DNA of 64,000 nucleotides from Microbotryum violaceum (Eukaryota): NCBI GenBank assembly GCA_001244265.2, contig CDLV01000009.1, positions 1,798,001 to 1,862,000 of the forward strand, read 5' to 3'. Shown piece by piece: positions 10,684 to 23,848 of this stretch (position 1 is its first letter; each line of letters starts with the position of its first letter). The notes under the pieces were generated by a model. It saw only the letters and a program-made list of their open reading frames with translations, ran no database searches and was not told where the DNA came from. The position numbers and the translations under genes were made by a program.

Positions 10684-12454
10684 ATGACCGTACCAGATGC
10701 AAAGACACGGGAAGAGACGCAGGCCAAAGGGGCTGAAACCTTTGGGGTCAGTCGTTCACTTGGGCACCGATGCAGCGGGCCGCATCTGTGACCGTGTGTG
10801 GGGGTCAGGTGACGCCAGCACCGGACCTAGCGTCTGACACACGGGATCCTCTTGTTTGGTGCAGGCCTTAAATCAACACCCCGAACCGCAAGCACAAGAA
10901 ACCGATTTCAAGGTCGGGGTCAGCGTCGATCGAAACAAGAAGTGCCGTCGGAGTATGGAAGAGTGAGCTTGCCGACTCTCGGCCCGTTCAAGAATCAGGA
11001 GACCGACTGACCTTGAACGTCCGATCTGTCCCCAACAGCGCGCACTCCTTCATCTACGATTTTGCAGGGATCCGAGGTCAGGGCTACTTTGCCGTATTTG
11101 ATGGACATGCGGGCAAACATGCCGCAGAGTGGTGCGGCGAACACTTTCACGAGGTGAGACTTGCGGCTCTGATGTCTTCAATGAACGTTGCGAGAGCTGA
11201 TGAAACCTGGCCCATCAGCACCTGCTCGAGTCTATAAGAACAGCTCCAGCAACACCAGTCCCAGATCTTCTCAACACAACCTTCCACCGCGTTGACACCA
11301 AACTGAGTCAGCTCGCGGCGGCCGACGGAACACACTCGGGCTGCACCGCCGTGGTCGCGTTCCTACGACTTGAAGACGAAGATGGAAACGCCGTCGGAGA
11401 GGCCGCAGGCGTGGGACACGCGATCGAGGTCAAGCAGGGAAAGCTCGTCGACGACGCCGATGGAGCTTTGAGAGCGGCACAGCAGGCGGAAGAGAAGAAC
11501 AACAGCAACGAACTTGAGCGCATGTCGACTGCCGCCGCTGACCGCCCGAGTGGCGGGCGACGTGAAGATATCAAGAACAAGATAAAGGCCGTGCTAAACG
11601 GCAAGTCGGGCGACCCCGCCGAGATGTACTCACCGGAGCCGGCATCGTCTGGAATCGAAACTCCTCACCTCGAGATCAAAGGACCGGCCGATGTCAAGAA
11701 GGCCGCCAAGCGCACGCTGTATACGGCTAATGTTGGCGATGCCCGAGCTGTCTTGTCGTAAGTATGATCTTCCAAGGTGGTAATTAAGCGAGCGAGAAGC
11801 TCACCCACGACTACGCCCTCGTTTCTTCCCGGACAGCCGTAAGGGCAAGGCAGTTAGGTTGACTTACGACCACAAAGGGTCGGATGCCAAAGAGGCGAAA
11901 CGAATTACGGACGCTGGAGGGTTTGTGATGAACAACCGAGTCAACGGTGAGTCCCAATCACACCACCGCCATTTATCAGCTACATAAACTAATCACGATG
12001 CGAATTACATCACTCATCGCCAGGCGTACTGGCCGTCACTCGGTCGCTCGGCGATTCATCAATGAAGGAGTTCGTTGTCGGCTCGCCTTATACGACCGAG
12101 ACAACGTTGGGCCCCGACGACGACTTTTTGATTGTGGCGTGTGACGGGGTCAGTTCTGCAAAGAGTAGGCGGGGTTGGGGCGAGTGCTGACTTGCGGAAC
12201 CGCCACCGCGATTTTGCAGTTGTGGGATGTCTGCCAGGATCAAGAAGCAGTCGATATCATTCGAGGGCTCTCGAATCCGCAAGAGGCCTCCAAGGCTTTG
12301 CTCGATTACGCACTTCAGTGAGCGCTTACACTATTTATTGTCGAACAAAGCCGTTCGACTAATCCGTCCAATTTGGATTTTCAGAAACTTTTCCTCCGAT
12401 AACCTGAGTGTGCTCGTCGTTGCATTGTCCGGACCTCACTCATCGTCATCTTGA
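10684..12454 (+). CDS. PTC1: Protein phosphatase 2C, Ptc1-like (multi-exon)
   Basis: Motifs [83 protein letters not shown] across canonical introns. Confidence 0.93.
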
Positions 12455-13432
12455 GGAGCCCATTGCTTTCGATTTCGGCCCTTCACGAGAATGTTTCTAG
12501 CTGCTCACAGATATCTTGTGTGCGTGAGCGTCATTCCCTGTGTGTATCGATGAAATTTCTTTTCTTTCCCGTTCTCGCGATGACCTCGTGAGCAGCTCGG
12601 GGCTGTTAGCCTTCTTCGTCAGTGGGGTGGCTGTGTTCTTTTTCTGCCCAAACATCTGCTGACAGGCTTTGGAGAAGTGTAAGCCATGCACCATAGTTTG
12701 AGGGAGTGAAAAGTTCAAACTCGTCCGAACTGAAAATTTTGAATCCCGTTCGCGCAAGGCGCACCGATCCAATAGGAACTATTCGGTGAACAGGAGGGGT
12801 GCTGCATCGCCCTCAGCGCGTCATCCACCTCTACCAAAACTGCAGCGAACTTCAACACAAGGTTCAAGACACTCAAGCAAGGACATAATGCGTAACCTTT
12901 CGATACTCACTTCTGCCTCGCTCGGATAACGAACCACTGCACGTCCTCGCTGAACCACCAATTTCACCGGCCACCCCGGCCCAGCCATCATCGTGGTTCA
13001 CGCTAGAGTTTCTACTTCGGATGACAGTACCATGATGAATCACCCCGGGAGCCGAGTTCCCTGATGCTAAAGTTCAGCTTTCACGGTGCAGGGCACATCC
13101 AACCTGTAAAGCGCTGTAAGACGCTTGCTGGTGCGTGCAGTGGTGGCGCTGCCGTGGAGCACGTGGCGAGTGTCACAATCAGGCGACCATTGTGAAAACT
13201 GACGCAAGCTGAGGGGTCAATGGAACGATCGAATCAATGAAACGTTATAAACTGCATTGGATCTCGGAGAACAAATCACGCCCAGAGGAGATAGGTACAA
13301 GCAGGCGGGAAGAAAGAGAGACACACCCACTTGAAGCAGTGGTAGGTGCGAAAGCGGAGCGATCGAAATCAAAACCTTAGTACAAGAACCGGACGTAAAC
13401 GAAATGAAATGCAGGTAACCCCTCTAGTCACC

Positions 13433-15821
13433 TTACTCCCAGTCGGAATCCTCATCCGAATCAGGCTCGCCGGAAGCCTTCTTCTCTTCCCCCAAAGGCA
13501 CTTTGGTCCTCGGGTTCGGCAGCACATCCTCGGGCATCTCAATCTCGACCGCCTCTACACCGCCCTCACTCGGCGTCCCACTCTTCAATCCAACGAGATC
13601 GAAGCTGCCCGCAGTTCCATCGCTGCTCGCCCGGGGCGACGTTGCATTCGGTCCCGCAAGGTCCGGAGAGATCGTCTTGTGCGTGTCGATGAGGCTGGCT
13701 GGCTGGGCATGGCGAGGTGGTGTCGGTCCTTGATCGTCCCCTGCTTCAGCCTCTTCCATCGTCCCTGAATCGAGACCCCAATCACTCCCAGCACTGACGC
13801 TCGAAGCACGAGACAAAAGGGTGTTCGGCTGAGCAGACAAGGTCGGGATGGCCTCTGCCTTGGGCATGCTTTCTCCCGAGTCGGGACGAGGCGTAGGTGA
13901 AGGTGTATCGGTCAAACGAGACGTCGCTGTCGCGACTGGCGCCGGGGGCGACGCCGAAGCGCGTCTTTGATCTGCCGCCTGTTCATCTTCTTCATCCTCC
14001 ATATCCCACGAGAAGTCGTCTTCGTTTGATTCCGCACCTGTGCGATCAGAAGCGATTACATAAGTCAGCGTACAAAGAAGCGTGTATGCTTAGCAAAAGG
14101 ACGGACCTTGCAAGACTTGTCTCCTCCTCTTCTCATCCTCATCGATCTGCGCGACCCTGAAAAAGTACCTCGCCCAGAACGTCTCCGGGTCTAACCGGGA
14201 AGGCACAAGCAACCTCAGCGTCCCTTCGAGCCCTTCGCCTGCCTCTTCGATCTCGTTCCTAATCCGAGCGTTGTACTCGTCCGCTTCGAAACCTCCTTGA
14301 TCCTCAATGGACTGCAAGAACCGAGCATAGGCTTGTCTTGGATCCGGATCCGCCGCCGAGAGGCTCTTGGACAGATCCGCGTCTTCGGCACCGGGGAGGG
14401 GGGCCTGCGCTGGGTCTTCCAACAAGAAGGATGGGTCCGTCCTCAAACTCATGAGGTGCGTTTCTCTCCTCCCACCAGCAACCCGCTCTGCCCTCCTCAT
14501 GCGCTCATCACGCTTCCTTTGCCTGTCGGACGACATGGCCGCTTCATCGGACCCACTCGGAGGTACGATCTGGATCGCCTCTTTGGCGAAGCGCGAGACC
14601 TCGTTACCCAACCCACTCAACCATGACTCGCCCTTGTGCAAGTAATCGCCCGCGGTCTTTTGCGTATCGGCGAGGTCGATCTGGTGCGCGAACTGAGTGT
14701 GTAGTTGTTGTATGTTGGTTTGCAACGAAGTGGGCAAGGAGGACAGGTTCGTCGCGACGGACTCTTGCAGGGTCGTGAGGTTCTTGGAAAGGCCTTGCAG
14801 GTTGGGACTCGAGGCGAGTTGGGTTTGCATCTTGGAGAAGAAAGCTGTAGCCGAAGCGGCGATCGCATCCGCTGACGGCACAGCTGCTGACGTTGCATCG
14901 CCCGAGCCTTCCGATGAGGCAGCCTGAGCCTGGTTCCCATCGCTCGTCGTCTCGGTTTCCTCTCCCCGATCGACTCCTTTGCCCTTGACGTCCCTCTTGA
15001 CCTCATTCTGCGCCGGGACCTCGGGGATCTGATCAAGCATGATGGGCATCCCATCCGTACCAATAACGATCGCCGCTCCTCTGGACCCAGCAGTACCCTG
15101 GCCCGAAGCCGCGACGCTCGCCGAAGCTTCCTCGGTCAACCTATTCAATTCGGCTCGTGTGGTTTCGCCTAAATGGTCGAGGTTGGCCCGGGCTTTGGAT
15201 ACGAGTGGGGTGAGGTCCTTGCGCGCGGTTTCGATTTGCTTCTCGGCTTGAGCGAGTGCGTGAACGGACTGTAGTTGGGGTGAGGGTGAGAATCTCGTAG
15301 GGATCAGGTTTCGTGCTTACTCGAACAAGCTCTTAGTGGGGGTTCTTACCTGCTTCCTAACCTTGCCCCAGAAGCTGCCAAAGCCGGCCATGACGTTGGT
15401 GATCTCCTGTTCAAGGGTTACGGGGGCGACAGGTGTCGATGCGGCTGAAGGTGTGTGAGGATCCTGTTCGTATTGAAGTTGTTGCTGCTGCTGCTCGCCC
15501 GTCGACTCGAAGGCCGAAGCCGACGCGAGCGTGGCGGGAGGCGCGTCAGCGTTACCGTCCTTCAACGCGTTCGAGCCGGCCAGGCCAGAAAGGTGAGTGG
15601 TCGTCGCATCCTGGTTGTTCACCGATGATTCTGACGCGAGTGTGGTGGAGTTGACGGTGGTGCTGGCGGTGGTGATGGTGGGTGTTTGGGAGCGTGGCGT
15701 TCCAGCGAACCAACTATCAATCGACCGAGCGCAGGGGCGGCGGCGGCGCATGTCAGTCTTTCCACAGTGCTCTGCATCACATCAAAGTAGTTTGACGTGC
15801 AGGCAGATGGACTCACTCCAT
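13433..15821 (-). CDS. BSD-domain protein (multi-exon)
   Basis: LVPSRLDPETFWARYFFRVAQIDEDE is a typical BSD signature; acidic tail ending SDWE; start MDWFAG after a 5-nt first exon (ATGGA|gtgagt). Confidence 0.85.
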
Positions 15822-15954
15822 GATGAGGGTCAACTATCAAGCGCCAGGTGTGCAAGTATGTTTCGTGGGGAGTGGGAGTAGGTCCAAAACGTATGCGAAC
15901 AAGCGGGCGCCTCCTCTCGTTCCCGAAGCGCCCCACTCAAAAGCACTCAAACGC

Positions 15955-16110
15955 AGGACCCCCGAAAGCCCAGCCAGAGGCGCATGCGGAAAAACGCCCT
16001 TTTTTGGCCTTTTTGTCAAAGTTTTTTTTACCCTATTGTGGCCCCAAAATGTCAAAATTTCGCATGCGCCTCGGAAATATTATCAAAATGTGTTCTACAT
16101 GCTCCAAAAA
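15955..16110 (+). mobile_element. Solo terminus related to the MITE at 28471-28712
   Basis: aggacccccgaaagcccagccagaggcgcatgcggaaaaacgcccttttttggcc resembles the MITE end aggacccgggaaagctcagccgaaggtgcgtctcgaaaaaccccgtttttaggcc. No partner end or TSD found. Confidence 0.6.
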
Positions 16111-18332
16111 TCGCTCAAAAGTCCTCGAAAACGCGTTCCGAGCGTTTGCGGGCGCGCGGCGGCCTATCGAAAGTGGCTTGCGGCGCGCGTCGCTTCGGCT
16201 GGTGTTGCGCGTGGCTCCACGCTTCAAACAAGCCTTCCTTGCTTTGCTGGCTGGCTCGCTGCTTCGTGGTCAGACTTCCTTTTTGCTGAAGTTGAGCTCC
16301 TTCTTTCCGCGGTGGCATTTGTGCGGCTTGTAGAGGTTCTGCCGGCGGCATCTCGCAGGCCGGGCACGCTCCGAAGGGCGGCAAAGCTTTGCTCGGCATG
16401 TGCGCTCGTGCTGATTAGGCGCTCGTCCGGGTAACATGAGGTAAGGTCCGTGGTTGAACGATATGTAGTCGTTGACGGGCCTAATGACTCGATGACCTGT
16501 CGACTATCAATCATGCGGAACGGCATAGTGCCATCAATGAGGTGTGTGGAATAGCATGTTTTCTTGATGAGGCGAAGCTCCTGTACGACGACATTTGAGA
16601 GTAAAACCAACGAGGCGAGCGTGTCTTGGTTGCAGTGGTTTGGTGTCACTCTGCTGTAGATGTGTCGCACTGTAGGACACAATACTTGTGTCAAACGAGA
16701 ACTTTCTCAACTGCTACTCAAAATAACGCGCGTACCAATTCCGATAGACAGCGCTTCTTCTCCATAAACAGTTTGATCGCAGCTGAGTGAATGCATGCCA
16801 CACTTGAGGCCAAAGCAGATCAGAGATCCAATCTCCAATGGTGTGGCAGCGGTTACAGCTCCGTCAAGCGATCCAAAATGAGGGTAGCGTTGTGCTAGCG
16901 CTCCATACTGCTTGTCTCTCTCAGGGAGCCTTTCCTAGAAGTATAGGACCGGCAAAACATTAGATCCAGTTGCCTTCGTTCCTAAATTCAGCGACAACTC
17001 ACTTGAATGCGGCCATCCTCAGTATAGACATTCTTCTGGATCCTCGTGTGTTGTGAGTGCTCGGGCCATCTGGTCACCTCCAGTCCAGCAAAAGCTCCTC
17101 GTCGTGCCCGCCATGTCTTCGCAGCGAGATGGTCCCATGGACTGTACCAACCCTTTCAAGACGCATGAATGTGCTGTACTGCGTCCTTCCTCGGTATTGC
17201 TAACCCCTACGCCTGCCTCTCCACGAGTTGGGTCGCTCGCTTCCATCGGCCTCCCTTGAGTAGAACAGCTTGAGGTGGCTACACTTATGAGCACCTTGAT
17301 GGGCAATTGAATCAGGTTGGCCAGTTCAGCGAGAAATTGGTATCGCGAGCATCGACAACTTGAGGCGGAAGTTTCAATTGTGTGGGCTGTGTAGAACCAA
17401 ACACGCGTTAGCTTCGACCAAAATTTCGATAGTTGAGCTTGGTAGACGCACGATTGGTCGTCGTGAGAAGCTGTTTGCCTCCTCAACGGCCTCGAGTAGA
17501 TGATAAGGTCGAGTAGTGGGTGAGCTCGTCTTTGGACAACTCGATGTGAAGAGACGCGTCGGCGGGAGCGACATCGAAGGTGAGGAGCTCGGCGATCGTC
17601 ATGTTCATGTTGGTGAGTGGCAATGATCAATCGAAGGCATCGTTCAAGGCCTGCATGGGATGATGTTGTCGTGCTATGCTCCAATCTCGGACCGAAGTGA
17701 AGCGGAACGGAACCTGCGCCCCTTCAATATCGAATCGGCCTAATCCCTCACAGCCACTTAACTCAAGTGATTACCGAAGATGGCTAGTATTAAGTGACTT
17801 GTTCAAGCGCGAGCATCGCGAAACGCGTCTCGAAGCGAAGGCAAACGGGCCCAAAGTCATGCCGTAGGCTGCTCAGGGTAGGCCAAGGTGGCACCCTCTT
17901 CATCCACATGTCGGCGGGCGAGTCACTCCGAGCCGTTCTACTCGCAGTCCCTTTTTTTTATTTTTATTTATTTATTTATTTTATTATTATTATTACTGAA
18001 CGCCTTTATTATTTTCCCTCCCTATATAGTGGGCACAACGAGGAGGAGAAAGGAGTATCCGCGGGGCCCGGGTAGGCATGATCACTGGGCTGTTGGCTGT
18101 TGCAGCACGACCTCGTGACAAAGTCGCGGGGACTAAACCAGCGAGAATGTGATTTATCAGTAATACTGCGAGCATTTGCTGACGCCATCTATCACGACGA
18201 CTCCATGGTCAAGTATTAACTCGGCAAACTCCTTTCCGCCTGAGAATTCAGCCGAGAGCCGATCTGACGGACGCTCCGAGCAGCCCGTCTCCTGACAGCA
18301 GTATTCATAGTCATGTGACCGACAGGAGGCCT

Positions 18333-18422
18333 AACATAAGAGATCATGTGAGTCGGGAATGAAAGTCAGGGGACCCGAACATAAGAGATCATGTGAGTCG
18401 GGAATGAAAGTCAGGGGACCCG
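18333..18422 (+). repeat. Perfect 45-bp tandem duplication
   Basis: aacataagagatcatgtgagtcgggaatgaaagtcaggggacccg occurs twice (18333-18377, 18378-18422). Confidence 0.97.
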
Positions 18423-18793
18423 TTACACTCGGGGATTCATTCCATGTGACCGAGCTCGCATCCAAAGTAGCTCTCGTCGGTGGCGCACAACCATCCTCGA
18501 GATCGAGATCGAGATCGGGTGTATCACAGTTCACACGCACTTCGGCCACAAACCACCCAAGCCCTCATCGAGCTTTTGGCATAGCCTCGTATCGGGAGGC
18601 ACCCCCACACACCGACTGACGAATCTGACGATTCTAATCCACGCACCAAGCCCTGGTCTGTTTCGTGTCGCCTTGACGAAAAAAAAGTACGCTATGCATC
18701 CGATGTCGAGCTACATTTCGAGCCATAAAGCGCGTTTACAATACTACATATATTAGCCTCAACACAAATGTATCCCACGCAGCCGTCTGTCCT

Positions 18794-19829
18794 TCAGAAC
18801 CTATCCTCCAGCGCAGAGTCCGAACTCTCCTCCCTCTCATTCAACCTCTTCCAAGCCTTGTTGACCAAGTTCACAAAGTCGCCGACCTCATGCCCCTCAT
18901 CGCAATCGATCCACCTCCCATCCCTAACGCACACCAACTTGCCATCAATCACGATCGAACAACTCTTGACCAACTGCAAAGTTTTCGTAACCTGGACCGA
19001 GTCGCGCAAGAGTTGCCTTCCCTCGGATGAAATGGCACAGTGCTCCACGTTACCGGACCATCTTTTGCCTACGACGGAAGCGCAGGTTTGAGCGAGTCGA
19101 TCGGTGCCGATGCGTGAGAGTCCGTTGTAATTTTGACATTGGACGAACTGGAGAAGATACGGGAGAAAGTCAGATCACCGTACTATCGTGATAGTCGTTT
19201 ACTCCAAGAGCATCACTCACATTCCACCACGTCGCCCAAGGATTGCCACTCCCATTCACAACTTTCCAATGCTTCTCCGCACACAACTGTTGAATATTGC
19301 CCGTACATTCGCTTGGCCCATGTTTGCATGTGACCTTGCCGTCTTTGGTATCTAGTTCGCCGATGTAGAGGAGCTTGATGTCGACCAATGGGCCGACTTT
19401 GTCGAGGACGCGATCAAAGACGGATTCGCACAGTTCGGCATCGGGGCATCTGGACATGACGGCGAGGCGGACTGGGATGAGTGGAATTCGTCGGTCGGTC
19501 GGTCGGTCGGTCGGTCGGTCGGTCGGTCGGGTGGGGGGTGCGTGTGGCGTAGTGAGGTGTGGCGTAGCGAGGCAGAGCAGACTGAGTTGTCAAAACCGTA
19601 TGCTCTTCAATGCTCAAATACAACGGAACTTACTGGGTACTTTTTTGTCCTTGTTCGGGTCGATCTGGGCCTTGAATGCGGTCTGTGATGCGCCGTGCGA
19701 GGCTGCAACGGCGATCGAGGTCGCCGCATGTCCTTCACGTTCGACGATCGGAGTTGCTAAAGCGAGTGAAACGAGGAGCAACACCACGAGAGAAAGTGCC
19801 GCGCGGGGAGAGTGTGGTCGGAGCAGCAT
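18794..19829 (-). CDS. GILT-like (gamma-interferon-inducible lysosomal thiol reductase family) secreted protein
   Basis: Signal peptide MLLRPHSPRAALSLVVLLLVSLALA; MSRCPDA motif; CKHGPSECTGNIQQLCA signature; KSCSIVIDGKLVCVRDG. Confidence 0.88.
19489..19530. repeat. (GTCG)n microsatellite in the first GILT intron
   Basis: About 10 tandem gtcg units. Confidence 0.95.
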
Positions 19830-20119
19830 TTCTGATGGATGAGTGGTGTCCAGTGCGCTGTTGGAGGTCTTGCTGGATCGGCGATGAGGTGAAGCGGCGT
19901 GTGATAAGCACGAGCGACTCGGAGTCGATGACGAAACCGTGCGGGCTGGAGCGAGCGCGAGCCAGGGTGAAATCCCGACCGCGGCATTACGATCGGCGAG
20001 CCCATCCTATTACGCAATTGGAACGCTAAGCAAACAACTCCGACTTCGCAGCGAGCGCGCGACAATCGCGTTCCGCTCGGCCCAGACACCCGCGCATCGC
20101 CTGCTTGCACGAATTCACC

Positions 20120-21243
20120 ATGGCCGCCGCACCCCCTTGCACACGTTTGTTTGCCTCGGCTACCCCTAGAACAACAGCACGAGGTAAGTCAACCACCGAA
20201 GCTAGATCGTCGGATCGAGTGGGCGCACGGTCGCCTCTGTGGATGCTTGGCCCGCGACTTTTTCTAGAGCCGCGTTTCCGAGCGCAGCGATCGGTCTACG
20301 GAGCAGCAGCTGACCAGGAATGATTACTCTTGATCATCGTATGATCAGGCATCAAATCCCGCACAAGACCTAGCGCTGCAACGTCATTGTCGTTCAGCAC
20401 GTCGTGTCGCAGTTGTTCGTCGTCGCCGTCGTCGCCGTCGTCGCCGATCGCCTCGACCTCTACATCGACACCACCTCCAGCCCCCTTCCCCGCTACACCA
20501 TCCTCCACCTCTTCAAGCTCATCGACCTTTTCCGCGGGTTCAACGCTCTACGCCCCGCCCTTGGACGCGCAGTTGGCGCACATCAGCACCCTCTTGAGCC
20601 CCCTCAACCTCGCCTCCCCGCTCGACCCGCTGCTCCTCCAAAGAGCGCTCACCCATAAATCAGGTCAACACAAACCCTCCTCCCACTCCAGCCCCTCCGC
20701 TTCCCAAATAGGCCATGGCGAAAAGCTAGCTTTTCTCGGTCGGCGGGTGCTACGTATGCATTATACGCTTCACCTGGCGAGCCACCTCGATCCTCGATCA
20801 GAGGTCATGCATGACGGGTTGAGGCAGAGTGCGATCGATATCAGGTTCGATACCAAGCAGTTGGGCGCCACGATCGGGAAAGGTTGGGGGTTGCAAAGTG
20901 TATTGAGGTGGCGTGAAGTCGTAAGTTGGGATTTGGTTTGAGCTCGGAGGGGAGGCGCACCTACCTCTCTCTCTCTCCTCCTACGATCTCCTCAACATCT
21001 CACTTTATACTGAACCAATTTTAATCATCTTTTCTCTACGAATGACAGCGAGGACCGAAAGGCGATCCAACAGGTCTGTACAAAGCGCGCGGCCAAGCCG
21101 TCGAAGCCCTGATCGGAGCCGTCTACACTCAATTCGGGATCCAAGCAACCAAAAAGATGTTTGAACTCATGGTATGGCCTGGATTGGGTATGAGTTCGTC
21201 AGTTAGACAAGCGTTGGAAGGGGGCCCTGGTGCGCAGGCTTGA
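20120..21243 (+). CDS. MRPL15: RNase III-like mitochondrial ribosomal protein mL57 (Mrpl15-like)
   Basis: Presequence-like N-terminus; LLQRALTHKS, EKLAFLGRRVL, AVEALIGAVYTQFG (degenerate RNase III fold). Confidence 0.75.
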
Positions 21244-21677
21244 GTGGGTTCAGGGCTCGGCGTTCGCGAAGAGTTTAGTAAAGGAAGTTGGGGGGGGGGG
21301 GGATCTTGCGAAAGAAAACAATGATACCAAACCGGCTATCTGGATCACCCGAGAGGTCAATGACGGGCGGATGAATGAAGAGCCGGTGAAATAATCTATC
21401 GTCCTCTACTCTTATCGAGAACGTGCTGGAAATCGACCGATCTCGGTCTTTTTCACAACGCCAGGGCCTTCTACTTCGGCGTTTTGGCACTCTCGGCGTG
21501 GGAGAGGCCAGGTAAAGGAGTTTGATTTTTTTATCCCTTCTAGACGCTATCAAATACAGCGAGGAGGAGGCTCGTTCTCAACCAACGGGTATAAATATGA
21601 GCTTCATCGTTCGTTTCTTTCTTTCCTTCCTTGTTCATCCCACCGCCTCCTACGCTTTTACCCATCATCTGAACAAG

Positions 21678-22228
21678 ATGCGCAGCTCCCTAATCATTCT
21701 CGGCTTGCTCGCCTTCACGGGTTTTGTCGTCGCTCAAGGCATCGATGAGTATGTCCACTATCCCATCACTCCGAACATGTCGCCCTTTTTGTATGTATCC
21801 GTATCGATAAACCTGACCCAATCGCCCCTTCGCAGTCTTCCCGCCCAAGACCCTTCGTTGAAGCGCCTTAAAGTCGTCAAACGCGAGAAGACCCCTTGTG
21901 GGTAAGTCCAAAGTCGTCTGACCTTATCCCATATCAATCCCGCCCTCTCTCACACTTTGTACACGCCTTGTCTTCAATAGTTACTGCACGCATCACTGCT
22001 CCTACGAAGCCGCCTACGGCGGTTCGAAAGCTGACCACCGCGAGTGAGTCCTACCAGGTCCGACACCCCCATCAACTTGACCGCAGCTTCCTCCATCTCT
22101 AAAAAGCCACGAAACATGATGACTAACTAAACCCTGCCTAAAACCCCCTTTCCAGAAGCTACATCGATTGCTACAACCGTTTATGCCGCAACTCACCTGA
22201 TTACGATTGTCCCCCTTCTGCCAAGTGA
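21678..22228 (+). CDS. Small secreted cysteine-rich prepro-peptide (90 aa, 4 exons)
   Basis: Spliced translation: MRSSLIILGLLAFTGFVVA QGIDDLPAQDPSLKRLKVVKR EKTPCGYCTHHCSYEAAYGGSKADHRESYIDCYNRLCRNSPDYDCPPSAK*. All three introns are GT-AG and keep frame; a TATAAA lies at ~21591. Confidence 0.85.
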
Positions 22229-23848
22229 GAGAGGAGGTCTCGCGCTGAGGCCTCATGGGTGAAGAGTATGCCGAGGCGAGGAATGTGGAGTGTTGGGGTG
22301 CATTGATGTCGACTTTGTGGGCAAGAGGAAGGAAGGTTTTACCTTTTCTTTGGGTTGGGGGGTCTGAGACGAAGAAGTGAAGAGTTTTCATAATCCCCCG
22401 AGATCCGTCTTCGATCATCTTTCGCGTAAAAAGGGGATCGAACTTGGTCGACGTCTTTTGCACTGATGGATATGATGGAGGGTTCTCATTTGCAATGCAG
22501 TCTTAGTTTTTTGAAAGCTTTGTTTCTTTCCTTTTCAATGAGAGATAATGTTCAAGACTTGTCGGTTTTGTGATAAGACTCCATCTTTGGACATGTTAGC
22601 CGGAATGTAGGGTTCGCAGCGATTCTGGCGGCTCTTAGAAAAGGGGTTCATTTCGTGCCGGGGATGGCGGGTGGTGAGCTCCGCTCCAGCCGCTTTGCGC
22701 ATGTGTATCCAATTCAAATGAAGCACTTTTTTTTTAAATATCTGTGTCGCGATAATTATCTCTCTTTGTCGATTCGAGCGTGCTCGCATCGCCGCCGGAC
22801 TCCCAAGCAGTACCCAGTACCCGGCGGCGGAATTCGGCATAGAACCGGGGGTCGAGCAGAGCATAGTACTGTGCACGGGACTATGAAACTTGGTCGGACC
22901 GGAATCACGGCCGAAGTTCTGGCCGTGTGAAAAATAGAAATGGAGCGTGACCAATTTTTTGGGTGGCACCATGTCTCAGCAACTCATCCCTATCCTACTG
23001 GCGCGTGACTAGGTGAAAGCGCAATGCGAAATGTGGAGAGAAAGGAGTCGTCTGAGTCTAGTCCGACGGAAGGGAGAATTCAATTCAGCATGCTTGGCAA
23101 TCACGAAAAAGTAGAGGAAGAGATTGCGCCATTGACCGAATTGTGGTCTGATGAACGTTGTCCGTCTTCGGTCTTCGGTCTCGTCGTTCTGTCCTTTACT
23201 TGCGTACGACCTCATCCCATTCTGCGCAGCGCCCTCCTCCTTGTTGGTTTGTTCACCAAGTTGACGGGTTTCGGCATCACTCTTGGCCTCGACGAGTAGG
23301 CGATTTAGCTCCTCACAATTACTTCGGGGTCACCCGAGACCCATCGGCCTACTAACGATTGAAAGCTACATCCAATTCGTACTTGGCAGTCCTCGAGTCG
23401 TAGCCCTTACAGTCTCCCAAGCGCCGCTCTCCCCTCTTTGGTCGGCGGTTTCGCTCTCGGGCTCGTTCTTACACTCCGAGGTCGCGGGAAATAACCTGCG
23501 AATACGGTCGTAGAAACCAACCTGCGGGACACGAGCCGTCGTCTCCACCCTCACAGAAGGTTTCCGCCGGAGAACAACTGGTGCAAACCCCAACACTATT
23601 CTCTTCCAAGCCAGGGTCTATGATCAAGCACAAACAGGTTGTCTGATGTCTTCTAGGGCTGTAGGGCTCATTCATGGTTGTCATATACATTGCAAGCATC
23701 TAGCACAAGTAACACTAACACTCATTTACATATACCCCGGACGGACAAATACCCAACCAAGCAAGCGCAGACCCTCACGTCCTTCATGCATGCGCATCCC
23801 GCGTGCATGATGACAACCGACCGACTCCCGATCAAGCTGCTACTGGCT

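Noticed and set aside
13031..13066. ATGATGA...CTGA box C/D-like motif
   Set aside because: Too short for a snoRNA and no guide complementarity could be verified.
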